Source of the DNA: Squalus acanthias
Lineage: Eukaryota
Direction: 5' to 3'
Assembly (NCBI GenBank): GCA_030390025.1
Contig: CM059449.1
Coordinates: forward strand, 30,690,001-30,754,000
Length of the DNA stretch: 64,000 nt
Under the pieces are notes generated by a model. It worked only from the letters and a program-made list of their open reading frames with translations. It was not told the origin of the DNA and made no database searches. The position numbers and the translations under genes are program-made. Shown piece by piece: positions 63,301 through 64,000 of this stretch (positions are counted from its first letter, which is position 1; each line of letters opens with the position of its first letter).

Positions 63301-64000
63301 GGACACAGGGAGAGAGTAACAGGACACAGGGAGAGAGTAACAGAGACACACGGAGAGAGTAACAGGGACACAGGGAGAGAGTAACAGAGACACAGGAGAG
63401 AGTTACAGAGACACAGGGAGAGAGTAACAGAGGCACAGGGAGAGAGTAACAGGGGACAACAGGGAGAGAGTAACAGGACAACAGGGAGAGAGTAACAGAG
63501 GCACAGGGAGAGAGTAACAGGGACACAGGGAGAGAGTAACAGAGACACAGGGAGAGAGTAACAGGGACACAGGGAGAGAGTAACAGAGACACAGGGAGAG
63601 AGTAACAGGGACACAGGGAGAGAGTAACAGAGGCACAGGGAGAGAGTAACAGAGACACAGGGAGAGAGTAACAGAGGCACAGGGAGAGAGTAACAGGGAC
63701 ACAGGAGAGAGTAACAGAGACACAGGGAGAGAGTAACAGGGACACAGGGAGAGTAACAGAGACACAGGGAGAGAGTAACAGAGACACAGGGAGAGAGTAA
63801 CAGAGGCACAGGGAGAGAGTAACAGAGACACAGGGAGAGAGTAACAGGGACACAGGGAGAGAGTAACAGAGACACAGGGAGAGAGTAACAGAGACACAGG
63901 GAGAGTAACAGGGACACAGGGAGAGAGTAACAGAGACACAGGGAGAGAGTAACAGGGACACAGGGAGAGAGTAACAGGGACACAGGGAGAGAGTAACAGG
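42316..64000 (+). repeat. 22 bp purine-rich satellite (ACAGGGAGAGAGTAACAGAGAC)n, more than 21.6 kb
   Basis: Continuous tandem array with GAGAC/GGGAC/GAGGC and 20-21 bp variants, running to the window end. Confidence 0.98.

Noticed and set aside
42026-63983. Giant - strand ORFs of up to 6113 aa
   Set aside because: The reverse strand of the 22 bp repeat has no stop codons in any frame; low-complexity artefact, and some ORFs cross the N gap.

Overview
Eukaryotic, repeat-dominated vertebrate DNA; the SINE and LINE families point to a cartilaginous fish (inference). The only host gene is a divergent (nonclassical) MHC class I heavy chain on the + strand. It has a leader exon (7401-7452), alpha1 (9747-10007), alpha2 (18035-18310) and alpha3 (20116-20388), all with GT-AG phase-1 junctions and an open frame; no transmembrane or cytoplasmic exon was found downstream. 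The rest is nested transposons (CR1/L2 LINEs, tRNA-headed Deu-type SINEs, a solo LTR, Harbinger-like MITEs), three satellite types (33 bp SINE-derived, 47/49 bp, and more than 21 kb of a 22 bp purine-rich repeat) and a 200-N gap. The most unusual structure is an ~840 bp Penelope-like insertion (38197-39035): a perfect 402 bp inverted repeat with a minimal hammerhead ribozyme in each arm, a 28 nt unpaired tail and a 12 bp target duplication. A tail-only 32 nt footprint of the same family with a 12 bp duplication lies at 26953-26984, and a second, interrupted hammerhead lies next to exon 4. The long ORFs in the ORF track are satellite artefacts.
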